Assembly (NCBI GenBank): GCA_900544755.1
Contig: UQWQ01000001.1
Coordinates: 1-58,961, forward strand
Source: an uncultured Collinsella sp.
GTDB taxonomy: Bacteria > Actinomycetota > Coriobacteriia > Coriobacteriales > Coriobacteriaceae
Length of the DNA: 58,961 nucleotides
Reading direction: 5' to 3'
A program made the translations under genes and the position numbers. Below the pieces are notes generated by a model. It made no database searches, had not been told where the DNA came from, and worked only from the letters and a program-made list of their open reading frames with translations. Below, one piece after another: positions 45,984-55,954 of this stretch. Numbering within the stretch: the first letter of the stretch is position 1; each line of letters opens with the position of its first letter.

Positions 45984-47390
45984 ATGCGCCAAAACGGATC
46001 TAACTTAAACGGGCGCTCGGGTGCGCGTCCGACGGCGCGCCGCGACCTGGGGCAACTGCCCAGCGGTCAGCGTCGACGTCGCCGTAAACCCGGCGCGATG
46101 TACCTCAACCATAGCCGTGGGTTTAGCGATCGCAGCGCGCGCATCGGCAACGGGCGCTCGCCGCGCCGACCGTCCCGTCTGCCCTATGCGCTTATCGCCG
46201 TGGGTTGCGCGCTCGTGCTGTTTATCGCTGCCGTCGTGGGCTACGTCAACCGCAGCGTGGACGTGGAACTCAACGGGCAAAAGACCGCGGTGCGCGTGGG
46301 TTCTACGTTGCAGAATCTTATCGACGATCAAAGCCTGACCGAAACGTATGACGCCGGCGATCTGCTGGCCGTCGACGACAGCGTGCTTAAGCGCCATGGC
46401 GGCGAAAAGCTGTCGGTGAAGATCGACGGCAAGCGCGTGAAGCAAGGCAAATGGGGTAGCCGCGAACTTGAGGGCGGCGAGAAGGTGACGGTCAAGGATG
46501 GCCGTAACACCTACGAAAAGCACGAGGTCCAGGCCACGACTATCGAGCCAAAGCTCAAGGTCGAGGGCACGGGCGCTATTGAGTATGTCAAAACTTGGGG
46601 CGTTCAGGGCCGCTCCGAGATATGGGTCGGCGAGCAGTCGGGCAAGACGCAGGACCGCGGCGAGGTCGTGCCCGCCACCGACTGCGTAGTCGAGTGCGCA
46701 AGCGTAGCGCCCAAGGGCAACGAAAAGTACGTGGCCCTGACATTTGACGAGGGTCCGAGCGGCGCGACCAAGCAGATTTTGCAGGTGCTCAAGGAAAAGG
46801 GCGTCACGGCGACGTTCTTCCTTTCGGGCGATGCCGCAGAAGCCTCGCCCGCTACTGCCAAAGCGATTGTCGATGCCGGGTGCGAGATCGGCTCCAACAG
46901 CTACAGCGATGATTCGCTCAAGGGCGAGGATCGCGAGACGGTGCGCAAGCAGATCACGAAGGGCACCGAGGCGATTAAGTCGGCGACCGGTGTCGAGACG
47001 ATGTTGCTGCGTGACCCCTACGCCGCGTTTGACGAGCAAAACTGGATCGATTCGATGGACCTGGTGTCCGCCGTGGTTTCGTGGAATATCGATTCGGGCG
47101 ACTGGCTGCTCAACGGCGCTGACGAGCAAGTATCGACCGTGCTCGACTCGGTGACGCCGGGCAATATTGTGCTGCTCACCGATAGCGATGAGTGCGCCGA
47201 GCAGACGCTCGAGGCGCTGCCGCAGATTATCGATGGCCTTGTCGCCGACGGCTACAAGATCGTGACGCTCAGCGACCTGGTCAAGACGGACACGGCATTG
47301 AGCAAAAAACTCACCTCGCTCACCAAGGTGTCCATGCCCAAAAACGCCGTGTTTCCCCAACTCCCCGAGGACGACGACACCGCAGAGTAG
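45984..47390 (+). CDS. Membrane-anchored polysaccharide deacetylase (CE4/NodB)-like protein with degenerate active site
   Basis: VALTFDEGP, ATFF, EIGSNSYSD, LRDPY, WNIDSGDW, IVLLTD. Confidence 0.85.
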   Translation: MRQNGSNLNGRSGARPTARRDLGQLPSGQRRRRRKPGAMYLNHSRGFSDRSARIGNGRSPRRPSRLPYALIAVGCALVLFIAAVVGYVNRSVDVELNGQKTAVRVGSTLQNLIDDQSLTETYDAGDLLAVDDSVLKRHGGEKLSVKIDGKRVKQGKWGSRELEGGEKVTVKDGRNTYEKHEVQATTIEPKLKVEGTGAIEYVKTWGVQGRSEIWVGEQSGKTQDRGEVVPATDCVVECASVAPKGNEKYVALTFDEGPSGATKQILQVLKEKGVTATFFLSGDAAEASPATAKAIVDAGCEIGSNSYSDDSLKGEDRETVRKQITKGTEAIKSATGVETMLLRDPYAAFDEQNWIDSMDLVSAVVSWNIDSGDWLLNGADEQVSTVLDSVTPGNIVLLTDSDECAEQTLEALPQIIDGLVADGYKIVTLSDLVKTDTALSKKLTSLTKVSMPKNAVFPQLPEDDDTAE

Positions 47391-47416
47391 CCATGTAAGA
47401 ACGTCCCCAATGACTA
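47388..47416 (-). repeat. Single copy of the CATTGGGGACGTTCTTA REP-like motif
   Basis: TAAGAACGTCCCCAATGACTA is the reverse complement of the motif at 35152 and 38792. Confidence 0.75.
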
Positions 47417-47712
47417 TGTCACGGATACGTCAGTGTTTGGTATGCCTGCAATGTGCAGCGCATAAATTCGGTGCCGCAGCGCGATGCTGATGCTATAGTT
47501 ACTGCGGTTAATGAGGGTCAAGAGAAAGGTTACAGGTGAAATCCAAACCTCGACCATACAGTCGATGACCCCATGCAGGTGCTTTCTGCGCGTGCACGGG
47601 GTGTGAGCGCCGAGCGGCGTGCCGCCCGCGCATGCGTATACATGTCTAAAAGTCCACGGATTGCGTGCCGGCATGGTCACGCGGTCCGCAGGAATAATGA
47701 TGGGGAGCACCA

Positions 47713-49557
47713 TTGAATTATCTGAGTGAGATGCTCAAATTGCCGGTCTTGGACGTCGATGGCGAAAAGCTCGGCGTTGTGAACGATTTTGGCATTGCAA
47801 CCGGCGAAGTTTTTCCGCACGTGACGTCGCTCGCGTTCCGTGGTCCCGGCAAGACGCCGTTTATGATCAGCTGGCGCAAATGGGTCGACCGTATCGACGA
47901 GACGGGCGTGCACCTTAAGTCGCCGGCCACCGAAATCCGTTTTTCGTACCTGCAGCCGACCGAGCTGTTGCTGGCTCGCGACGTGCTCAATAAGCAGATT
48001 GTCGACACGCAGGGCATGAAGGTCGTGCGCGTCAACGACATCAAGTTCTCCATGTCGGGCGAAAATCAGCTGCGCCTGCTGGGTGCCGAGGTCGGTGCCC
48101 GCGGTCTGCTGCGCGCGATCAGCCCCGCGCTCGAGCACGTCGTCGAGGGCTTTATGAAGCACCTGGGCAAGCCGCTCAGCGAGGACATTATCGCCTGGTC
48201 TTACATGGACCTGCTCGATCGCTCGACTAAGAACATCCAGCTCTCGGTGTCGCACAAGACGCTTGGCGAGCTGCATCCTGCCGACATCGCTGACATCATC
48301 GAGCAGCTCGACCCGCGCCTGCGCGCGCAGGTGTTCGCGCAGCTCGATACGGCACAGGCCGCCGAGGCCATCTCGGAGTTCGATGACGACGAGCTCATGA
48401 CCGAGATGCTCGAGGGCCTGTCCGATACCGACGCATCGTCGATGCTGGCCATGATGGACCCGGACGATGCTGCCGACCTGATCGACGAGCTCGATTATGA
48501 GAAGGCCGAGAAGCTCCTGCGCCTGATGGGCGTCAAGGAGGAGAAGGCGATTCGTAATCTGCTGGGCTACGAGGACAACACCGCCGGCCGCATCATGACC
48601 TCGGAGTTTGTCTCGCTGCCCGCCACGGCGACGGTCGGCGATGCCATCGAGGCGATTCGCAAACTCGACGAGGACTTTGAGAGCGTCTATTACGTCTATA
48701 CCGAGGATCCGAGCGGCATGCTGACGGGCGTGCTTTCGCTGCGCACGCTGATCGTGGCCGACCGCGACGCCACGCTGGGCCAGCTCGCCTATCGCGATCT
48801 GGTCTACGTGTCGCCCGACGAGGACCAGGAAGACGTGACGGACGAGATGACCAAGTACGACCTGGTTGCCATCCCTGTCTGCGACGAGAACCGTCATATC
48901 CTGGGTATCGTGACCTTCGACGACGCCATGGACGTAATCGCCGAGGAGCATCAGGAGGACCTGCAGATCGCCGGTGTCGGCTCGGGCGATAGCGCGTCGG
49001 ACGACTCGACGAACGTGCTCAGCTGGTTCGTGCATCGTCAGTACTGGGTCGTCGTGTGGGGCATCGCCTCGTGCATTATGGCGACGGTGCTGGGGACGGC
49101 GCTGGGCTCCGCGCATCTGGTGGTGTTCCCCATGTGCGCCATGCCGCTCGTGCTGCTGGCTGCCTCGCGCATGGTGTCGTTCGTCAAGAACTACTTCCTC
49201 GAGTACGACGGTCACGACGACGAGCCCAAACCGTACCTGGGATTCTTCTTCCAGAGCACGGGCATGGGCCTGATCCTTTCGCTTGTTACTTACCTGTGCG
49301 CGCAGCTGGTGCGCACCGCCGCGTTCCCCGATGCCTCTATGTTTGAGGAGCAGCTCTTTACCGGCTGCTTTAACATTGCCGCCATCATCTGCCTGGTGGG
49401 CAACATGAGCGCCGTGATTTACCTGATGGTGCTGTTCTGGCGCGACGAGCACGACCTTAACACGTCGGGTACCGCCATGAACGTTATCGCCGTCATGATC
49501 TCGTGTGTGGCGTACTGCATCGCCGCGGTGCTGCTCACCATGTCGGTCATGGGATAG
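47713..49557 (+). CDS. MgtE-like magnesium transporter (PRC barrels + MgtE_N + CBS + divergent TM region)
   Basis: TTG start after GGGGAG; LHPADIADI, MDPDDAAD, YEDNTAGRIMT, YDLVAIPV, GIVTFDD. Confidence 0.85.
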   Translation: MNYLSEMLKLPVLDVDGEKLGVVNDFGIATGEVFPHVTSLAFRGPGKTPFMISWRKWVDRIDETGVHLKSPATEIRFSYLQPTELLLARDVLNKQIVDTQGMKVVRVNDIKFSMSGENQLRLLGAEVGARGLLRAISPALEHVVEGFMKHLGKPLSEDIIAWSYMDLLDRSTKNIQLSVSHKTLGELHPADIADIIEQLDPRLRAQVFAQLDTAQAAEAISEFDDDELMTEMLEGLSDTDASSMLAMMDPDDAADLIDELDYEKAEKLLRLMGVKEEKAIRNLLGYEDNTAGRIMTSEFVSLPATATVGDAIEAIRKLDEDFESVYYVYTEDPSGMLTGVLSLRTLIVADRDATLGQLAYRDLVYVSPDEDQEDVTDEMTKYDLVAIPVCDENRHILGIVTFDDAMDVIAEEHQEDLQIAGVGSGDSASDDSTNVLSWFVHRQYWVVVWGIASCIMATVLGTALGSAHLVVFPMCAMPLVLLAASRMVSFVKNYFLEYDGHDDEPKPYLGFFFQSTGMGLILSLVTYLCAQLVRTAAFPDASMFEEQLFTGCFNIAAIICLVGNMSAVIYLMVLFWRDEHDLNTSGTAMNVIAVMISCVAYCIAAVLLTMSVMG

Positions 49558-49565
49558 GTGGTCGC

Positions 49566-50828
49566 GTGCAAAACACGAAGCAAAAGGCGAGCACCAAGCA
49601 AAAGCTGACCATCGCCGCCATCTTTGGCGCCATGGGCCCCGGTCTGTTGGCGGCGCTTTCGGGTAATGACGCCGGCGGCATCGCCACGTATTCCAGCGCG
49701 GGCGCCAGCTATGGTTACAAGATGCTCTGGATGCTTCCCGTCATGACCGTGCTGCTCATCGTGACGCAGGAGACCGCGGCGCGCTGCGGATGCGTCACGG
49801 GTAAGGGCCTGGCATCGCTCATTCGCGAGCGCTTTGGCGTGCGCAAGAGCGTGCTGGCCATGGCGGCGCTGTTGATCGCCAACACGGCCGTGACCATTTC
49901 GGAGTTTGCGGGTATCGCGAGCGGACTTGCCCTGTTTGGCGTGCCGGCGAGCATTTCGGTGCCGCTCGTGGCGCTGCTGGTGTGGATGCTTACCATGTCG
50001 GGCAGTTTCCAGCGCATCGAGAAGATTTTGCTGCTGGTAAGCTGCGTGTTCGTGACCTACATCGTCGCCGCGTTTATGGCCGGCCCCAACTGGGGCGAGG
50101 TCGCGGTCGACTTGGTCGTCCCCAATATTCAAAACGACCCCAGCTACGTGTCGCTCGTGGTCGCAACGATCGGTACCACCATCGCACCGTGGATGATCTT
50201 CTTGGCTCAGAACAACGTGGTCGATAAGAATGCGGGCGAGGACGACATCGTGCTGCAGCGTATTGATACCGTGAGCGGTTCGATTGCTGCTGATATCATT
50301 GCGGGCTTCATTATCATCACGACCGGTACGGTGCTGTTCCCGGCGGGTATTCAGATTAGCGATGCCGCCGATGCCGCCCGCGCGCTGGAGCCCATCGCGG
50401 GCCAGTGGTCCACGGTGTTGTTTGCCTCGGGCCTGGTCGCAGCGAGCTTTTTGGCTGCCTGCGTGCTGCCGGGCGTTACGTCGAGTGCCATCTGCGAGGC
50501 ATTTGGTTGGGAACGAGGCGCCGATCGCAGCTGGGACGAGGCCCCGGTCTATCGCGGCATCATTACGGCCATCATCGGCATTTCTGCCGTGTTGGTGCTC
50601 ATGCCCGGCGTCGATTTGTTCCAGATTATGATGACCTCGCAGGTCATCAACGGCGTGCTGCTGCCCGTAGTTTTGGTATTCCAGGTGGTTATCGCGGCGG
50701 ATCGCCACATTATGGGGGCCAACCGCAACGGTCGCGTGTGGAACGTGCTCACGTGGGCGACTATCGGCGTGATTACGGTGCTGACGGTCGTCATGTTTGT
50801 GCTGCAAGCGATGGGCTACAGCGCGTAG
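49566..50828 (+). CDS. NRAMP-related (NRMT-type) divalent cation, probably Mg2+, transporter
   Basis: GPGLL..GNDAGGI.TYS (not DPGN), GTTIAPWM (not MPH), SQVING; GTG start. Confidence 0.85.
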   Translation: MQNTKQKASTKQKLTIAAIFGAMGPGLLAALSGNDAGGIATYSSAGASYGYKMLWMLPVMTVLLIVTQETAARCGCVTGKGLASLIRERFGVRKSVLAMAALLIANTAVTISEFAGIASGLALFGVPASISVPLVALLVWMLTMSGSFQRIEKILLLVSCVFVTYIVAAFMAGPNWGEVAVDLVVPNIQNDPSYVSLVVATIGTTIAPWMIFLAQNNVVDKNAGEDDIVLQRIDTVSGSIAADIIAGFIIITTGTVLFPAGIQISDAADAARALEPIAGQWSTVLFASGLVAASFLAACVLPGVTSSAICEAFGWERGADRSWDEAPVYRGIITAIIGISAVLVLMPGVDLFQIMMTSQVINGVLLPVVLVFQVVIAADRHIMGANRNGRVWNVLTWATIGVITVLTVVMFVLQAMGYSA

Positions 50829-50850
50829 CGCCTCTTTTGGGTTTCGAGCG

Positions 50851-50881
50851 GGCCGCGGCCATGGGCTGCGGCCTCTTTTTT
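50851..50881 (+). terminator. Intrinsic terminator
   Basis: GGCCGCGGCC-ATG-GGCTGCGGCC followed by TCTTTTTT. Confidence 0.7.
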
Positions 50882-50911
50882 GCCCGCTACAGGGGGTCAG
50901 TTATATAACGA

Positions 50912-51139
50912 TGGGCAAAAAATGCCAAATATGAGTACTGTTGCTAGACTGATGACATTTACGGCCAAGAAGATAATGAACATAACCTATAGTATGTTCA
51001 TTAAAATTGGCTCCAATACACCTTAAACAAGTCAGGTTGGCTGCTTTAGGGGGTTGTAGGGGTTGCTCGGACGTCATTTTGGGTGGTTTTGCCTGCTACT
51101 AAAATGGTAACAGTACTCATATTTGCCCTTTTTTGCCCA
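50912..51139. repeat. 228-bp element with ~35-bp terminal inverted repeats
   Basis: 50912-50946 versus 51105-51139, 31/35 complementary (core CAAATATGAGTACTGTT). Confidence 0.8.
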
Positions 51140-51311
51140 CAGACCTTTGAGGTTGCGGCGAAAAGGGCTTGTTTTGATTGTTTGGGGCAGGCGCGAGGCG
51201 CGGAAACGATGCCTGGAGCGGCGGAGCGGCTTGAAATTCATCTCTAGAGGTCTTCATTGGCTGCGCCAGAAGTGCCTCAAGGTGCCGGTGCAAAAGGAGC
51301 GTCCCTAACTG

Positions 51312-51349
51312 CCGCAGGGGGCGTCGGCCACGGCCGACGCCCCCTGCGG
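51312..51349 (-). terminator. Perfect 18-bp hairpin downstream of the oatA-like gene
   Basis: CCGCAGGGGGCGTCGGCC-AC-GGCCGACGCCCCCTGCGG. Confidence 0.7.
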
Positions 51350-51372
51350 GTGGAAGCAGATTTGGCCGCGTG

Positions 51373-53589
51373 TTACTTGTCGGTGCCCAGCTTGTGTGGT
51401 TTGTAGGCGAGGGCATTGACGAGTGCGTCGGCGGCGGATTTGACGGCTGCCGGCTGCGGATCGTTGACGTGGTCCTCGGGGTGCACGGGCAGGTCTTTCT
51501 TGACCGCATCGTGGATCAAGTTGAGGTACTCAGTCACGCCAGTGGTCGACAGGTGCGTGCCATCGCCATCGAACAGGTCGTTGCGATTGGCACTGTATCC
51601 GTACCAGTCGATAACGCGCACGTTCTTGTAGCGCGTAGCAGCGTTGGCGATGGCCTGGTTGGTAGAGCCAACCCACGGCTGCGGGCTGCGCGTGTTCACA
51701 AACACCACAATACGCTTATCTCCTGCATCGGTCATGATGGCGTCGATCTGGTCGTCGGTTACCAAGCCGTTGGTGCCCAGTGCAAAGACCACGATCTTGC
51801 CGGCAAGGTTCTGTTGGAGATAGCCCTCAAATGTCGCGCGGCCCGCATCAAACTGGCGGCCCTTTTCGGCATCGATGTGACTGTGGGGGAACACGCCGTC
51901 AAAGGAATCAACGGCGCGCAGCGACACGGAGTCACCGATCATCAGCATGTCGTAGGATCCATCGGGGAAGCCGTCGTTGTCCTTGTCGGTGTCGTCGGCC
52001 GCCTGCTGGTCGGTGGGCGCGGTGTTTTTGGCTTCCTTGTTGAGGACTTCGGCGCCCTCACCGCTCAGTGCGGAGGTCTCCGGCACAAAGATCAGGCCGC
52101 CCAGCGCAACGACCAACACGACAGCGCAGGCTGCGCAGACAGGGACGTGCGCGCGCACCCAGTTGGTGGGCGTGGTGGTGCCGTCGCGGAACTCGGATAC
52201 GGTGCGCCCAAAGGCGCCCTTTCTAAACGGCGTCTCGATAAAGCGATATGAGCATTCGGCCACGGCGACCACCAACAACACCTGCAAAATGTACTGCCAC
52301 CACGGCGTATCGTTGATGTTGGCGACCGGGTTCATGAGCAACAGTAGCGGATAGTGCCACAAGTAGATGCTGTACGAGCGTTTGCCAACCCACACGAGCG
52401 GCTCGGCGGACAGTGCGCGGGCAACCATTCCCTGGGGCTGCACACAGGCCGCGATGACCATGAGCGTGAGGATGGAGCATAACAGCGTGCCGCCGCGATA
52501 CTGGAACGCGGTGTAGCCGTTGGTGAGCGCGACCATGGCGGCAAGGCCAACCAGACCCACGACGCCCAGCACATCGATGGATGCGGGCGAGGACCAAAAG
52601 CGCACGAGGGCGCTCGGCTGTGCCGGGACGGTCTCGGCTGCGTTGTCGGCCTTCTCGCCAAGCTTGCCCTCGGCGTTCCTGCCGTGCTTGGCGGCGCCAG
52701 CCAGGCGATTGAGCCCCAAACGACGAGCGAGACGCACAGGCGCCAGGTCGCGATCGGGGATAAAGGCCATCCAGGCGCCCAGCAGCAGCGAGAACACACG
52801 GGTGTCGGTGCCGTAGTACACGCGGCTGGGGTCGGCGGCGGGGTTATAGAGCACCATCATGGCAAGGGCGGATACCGCTGCGAGTCCCAGGACCACACGG
52901 CGCGTGTTGGGCTTGCTCACATGCATGGATACCATGGCAAACAGCAGTGGCGGCCAAATCAGGTAGAACTGTTCCTCGATGGCAAGCGACCAAAAGTGCG
53001 TGAGCGGCGAGGGGTCGCCCAGAGCGTTGAAGTACGAGACGTTTTGGGCAATCTGCCACCAGTTGTTGAAGAACAACAGCGACGGCAGAATGTCGGGACG
53101 CATCTTGGTGAGCATCACGTGGTTGAAGACGGTGCACAGCGCGCAGGTCACGAACACTACCGTTACCACGGCGGGAACCAGGCGACGGATGCGGCGAATC
53201 CAGAAGCTCTTAAGGTCGATGCGGCCGGTCTTGGCGACTTCGTTGAGCAGCAAGCGCGTGATCAGATAGCCCGAAAGCACGAAGAAGATCGTGACGCCAA
53301 GCAGGCCGCCCTGAGCCCACGTGAGGTTGAGGTGATAGAGCACCACCGCGACGACGGCAAGCGTGCGCAGGCCGTCGAGCGCAGGGATGTAGCGGGACTT
53401 GGGGCGAGCAGGCGTCTGCTCCGCGGCGGGAGTGTTGGCGCGGCCCGCGTTGTTGGCAGAAGCGCGATGGGGGCTCGCGGTGCGTCGCGGCTCGTTGGCA
53501 CGGCGCTCGCCCTTCATGCGTTCGTGCGGCGCCGGCTCGTTGCCCGTGCGGCGTCGACCGCGCGAGCCCGATTGCGAGAATTGTTCCAT
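51373..53589 (-). CDS. OatA-like O-acetyltransferase (acyltransferase_3 + SGNH)
   Basis: LDGLRTLAV, FFVLSGYLIT, RRIRRL, HFWSLAIEEQFY, SYSIYLWH; SGNH GDSV, LGTN, DGTH. Confidence 0.9.
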   Translation of the reverse strand: MEQFSQSGSRGRRRTGNEPAPHERMKGERRANEPRRTASPHRASANNAGRANTPAAEQTPARPKSRYIPALDGLRTLAVVAVVLYHLNLTWAQGGLLGVTIFFVLSGYLITRLLLNEVAKTGRIDLKSFWIRRIRRLVPAVVTVVFVTCALCTVFNHVMLTKMRPDILPSLLFFNNWWQIAQNVSYFNALGDPSPLTHFWSLAIEEQFYLIWPPLLFAMVSMHVSKPNTRRVVLGLAAVSALAMMVLYNPAADPSRVYYGTDTRVFSLLLGAWMAFIPDRDLAPVRLARRLGLNRLAGAAKHGRNAEGKLGEKADNAAETVPAQPSALVRFWSSPASIDVLGVVGLVGLAAMVALTNGYTAFQYRGGTLLCSILTLMVIAACVQPQGMVARALSAEPLVWVGKRSYSIYLWHYPLLLLMNPVANINDTPWWQYILQVLLVVAVAECSYRFIETPFRKGAFGRTVSEFRDGTTTPTNWVRAHVPVCAACAVVLVVALGGLIFVPETSALSGEGAEVLNKEAKNTAPTDQQAADDTDKDNDGFPDGSYDMLMIGDSVSLRAVDSFDGVFPHSHIDAEKGRQFDAGRATFEGYLQQNLAGKIVVFALGTNGLVTDDQIDAIMTDAGDKRIVVFVNTRSPQPWVGSTNQAIANAATRYKNVRVIDWYGYSANRNDLFDGDGTHLSTTGVTEYLNLIHDAVKKDLPVHPEDHVNDPQPAAVKSAADALVNALAYKPHKLGTDK

Positions 53590-53776
53590 AAAACATCATC
53601 CAATGACGAGAATAATCAGCACGTATTCATTGTAGCTGCCTGCCCCTGTGAATGCTTGCTGCTGGCGTAAGCTCAAGCGCGCGTCCACATCAAAGTGGAC
53701 TAAAGTTATAGGGGGTGCGAGAGTGCACAATCGTTGGTCGACGGTGGGCGCAAAGCCTGAAGACGAGGAGGTTTCC

Positions 53777-54772
53777 ATGGCGGATCACAGCATCGTTGCG
53801 GTGTTCGGCAGCATGAACATGGACCTTTCGGTGGCGTGCGAGCGCATGCCGCGCGCGGGCGAGACCGTCGGTGGCAGCGGTTTTATCACCAACGCCGGCG
53901 GTAAGGGAGCCAATCAGGCCGTTGCCGCTGCGCGCATGGGTGCGCGCACGTGCATGATTGGCGCTGTTGGGCGCGATACCTTTGGCGATGCGCTTGTGGC
54001 AGGGCTCCAGGATGCCGGCGTGGGCGTTGAGTTTGTGGCGCGTCGCGATGACGTGGAGACCGGTACCGCGACTATCATTCGCTGTGAGAGCGACAACCGC
54101 ATCGTGCTGTCGCCGGGCGCCAACCATGCGCTTGCGGGCGAGGACGTTGCCCGCGCACTGAGGCGCTTGGTGGCCGACGAGCTCGACGGCGATGCCAGCG
54201 AGATTGCCCCGGCTGCCGGAAGCGTCTTTATTGCCCAGGGCGAATGTGACCTTGCAGCAACGGCCGCGGCGCTTTCTTGCGCTCACGAGCTGGGGTTCTA
54301 TACGATCTTTAACCCGGCGCCCGCCTGCGACCTGCCGGCAGGAGCGTGGCCTGCGGTCGACCTGGTCTGCCCCAACGAGACCGAGTGCCAGGTGCTGACG
54401 GGCATTCTGCCCACAGATGATGCGAGCTGCGTCGCCGCGCTCAATGCGCTGCTCGATAAGGGCGCCGGGGCTGCGGTCATCACGCTGGGCGGCGCCGGCT
54501 CGGTTACGCTCGGCGATGGCGGTGAGCCGCTGCGCATGCCGGCGCTTTCGAGCGTGGTGGTCGATACGACGGCCGCGGGCGATACATTTATTGGCGCGCT
54601 TGCTGCAGCTCGTCTGGAGGGCCTGCCGCTCTTTGAGTGCATGGCGGCGGGCGCTCGCGCCTCGGCGGTGACGGTGTCGCGCCTGGGCGCTCAGCAATCA
54701 ATTCCCACGCGTACGGAAGTCGAGCACAAGTTTGGTTTAGACGGTTTGGATGTAGACGGAGAAGCGGAGTAG
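53777..54772 (+). CDS. rbsK: Ribokinase (PfkB family)
   Basis: [39 protein letters not shown]. Confidence 0.88.
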   Translation: MADHSIVAVFGSMNMDLSVACERMPRAGETVGGSGFITNAGGKGANQAVAAARMGARTCMIGAVGRDTFGDALVAGLQDAGVGVEFVARRDDVETGTATIIRCESDNRIVLSPGANHALAGEDVARALRRLVADELDGDASEIAPAAGSVFIAQGECDLAATAAALSCAHELGFYTIFNPAPACDLPAGAWPAVDLVCPNETECQVLTGILPTDDASCVAALNALLDKGAGAAVITLGGAGSVTLGDGGEPLRMPALSSVVVDTTAAGDTFIGALAAARLEGLPLFECMAAGARASAVTVSRLGAQQSIPTRTEVEHKFGLDGLDVDGEAE

Positions 54773-54776
54773 AACA

Positions 54777-55751
54777 ATGGCAACCAAGAAGCTGATCCTT
54801 GATCTGGATATGGGTGTGGATGATGCGATGGCGCTCGCCTATGCCATCGCAAGCCCCGAGGTGGAGCTCGTCGGCATCACCACGTGCTTTGGTAACGTGC
54901 GCGTCGAGCAGTCGGCGCACAACTGCTTGGCGGTGCTCGACCTGTTGGGTCGTCCCGAGGTGCCGGTGTACCTGGGCGCCGATCGTCCCATGAAGGCGAC
55001 CGAACCCTACACGCCGCCGGCGTCCACCACGCTTATCCACGGCAAGAACGGTATTGGCGGCGCAAGCGTGCCCGCCTCGCCGTACGAGCCAGTGGGCGCG
55101 ACGTCGGCCGATGGCAATGCGGCGGTCGATTACCTGATTGATGCCGCGCGTACCTATGGTCCCGATCTGGTCTACGTTGCGACCGGCCCGCTCACCAATC
55201 TGGCGCTTGCCCTGGAGCGCGATGCGGCGGCGATGATGTCCATCGGCCGCGTGGTCGTGATGGGCGGTGCGCTTACCGTGCCCGGCAACGTGAGCGCGGG
55301 CGCCGAGGCCAACATGGCGGGCGACCCCGAGGCTGCCGACGCCGTGTTGCGCTCGGGCCGCAAGCTCACCATGGTGGGCTTGGATGTGACGCACCGCGTG
55401 GTGCTCACACGTCGCGACGTTGCCGGCTGGACGGGCTCGGGCACTATGGCTGGCTGCGCGTTTGCGAGCATGGTCGAGCACTATATCGGTTCGTACGAAA
55501 TGAACGCGCCCTACCTGGGCGGCTGCGCGCTGCACGATCCGCTGGCGGTTGCCGTGGCGATTGATCCCACGCTCGTGGGTGCGCTCGGCTGCAATCTTCG
55601 TGTCGACCTGCTGGGCGAGTACCGCGGCCGCACTATCTGTGATGAGCACCGTCTGTCCGATCCGGATAAGAGCGCGCTCGTGGCGCTCACCGTGGACGCC
55701 CCACGTTTCCTCGCGGAGTTTAAGGCACGCATGGCTCGCATCCTTGGCTAA
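54777..55751 (+). CDS. Inosine/uridine-preferring nucleoside hydrolase
   Basis: DLDMGVDD, GN, HGKNG, TGPLTNLA, MGG, AEAN..DPEAA, LHDP. Confidence 0.92.
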   Translation: MATKKLILDLDMGVDDAMALAYAIASPEVELVGITTCFGNVRVEQSAHNCLAVLDLLGRPEVPVYLGADRPMKATEPYTPPASTTLIHGKNGIGGASVPASPYEPVGATSADGNAAVDYLIDAARTYGPDLVYVATGPLTNLALALERDAAAMMSIGRVVVMGGALTVPGNVSAGAEANMAGDPEAADAVLRSGRKLTMVGLDVTHRVVLTRRDVAGWTGSGTMAGCAFASMVEHYIGSYEMNAPYLGGCALHDPLAVAVAIDPTLVGALGCNLRVDLLGEYRGRTICDEHRLSDPDKSALVALTVDAPRFLAEFKARMARILG

Positions 55752-55954
55752 ACGGTTTCTGTGCCCCGATCCAGATTAGCTACCGAGTAAATACGCCCGT
55801 TGGGGGAATAGTCGCGTCGCTTCGCTTGACAACAGGCTAAACTAGCTATTAAACATTTACTATTCTGTTTAGATTGAATTTGCGGTCGTTTAGTTGTCGA
55901 GTCACGGGGCGGTCAGGCCACGATGCTCCGCCACGACCGTTGCTAGGGGGAACA

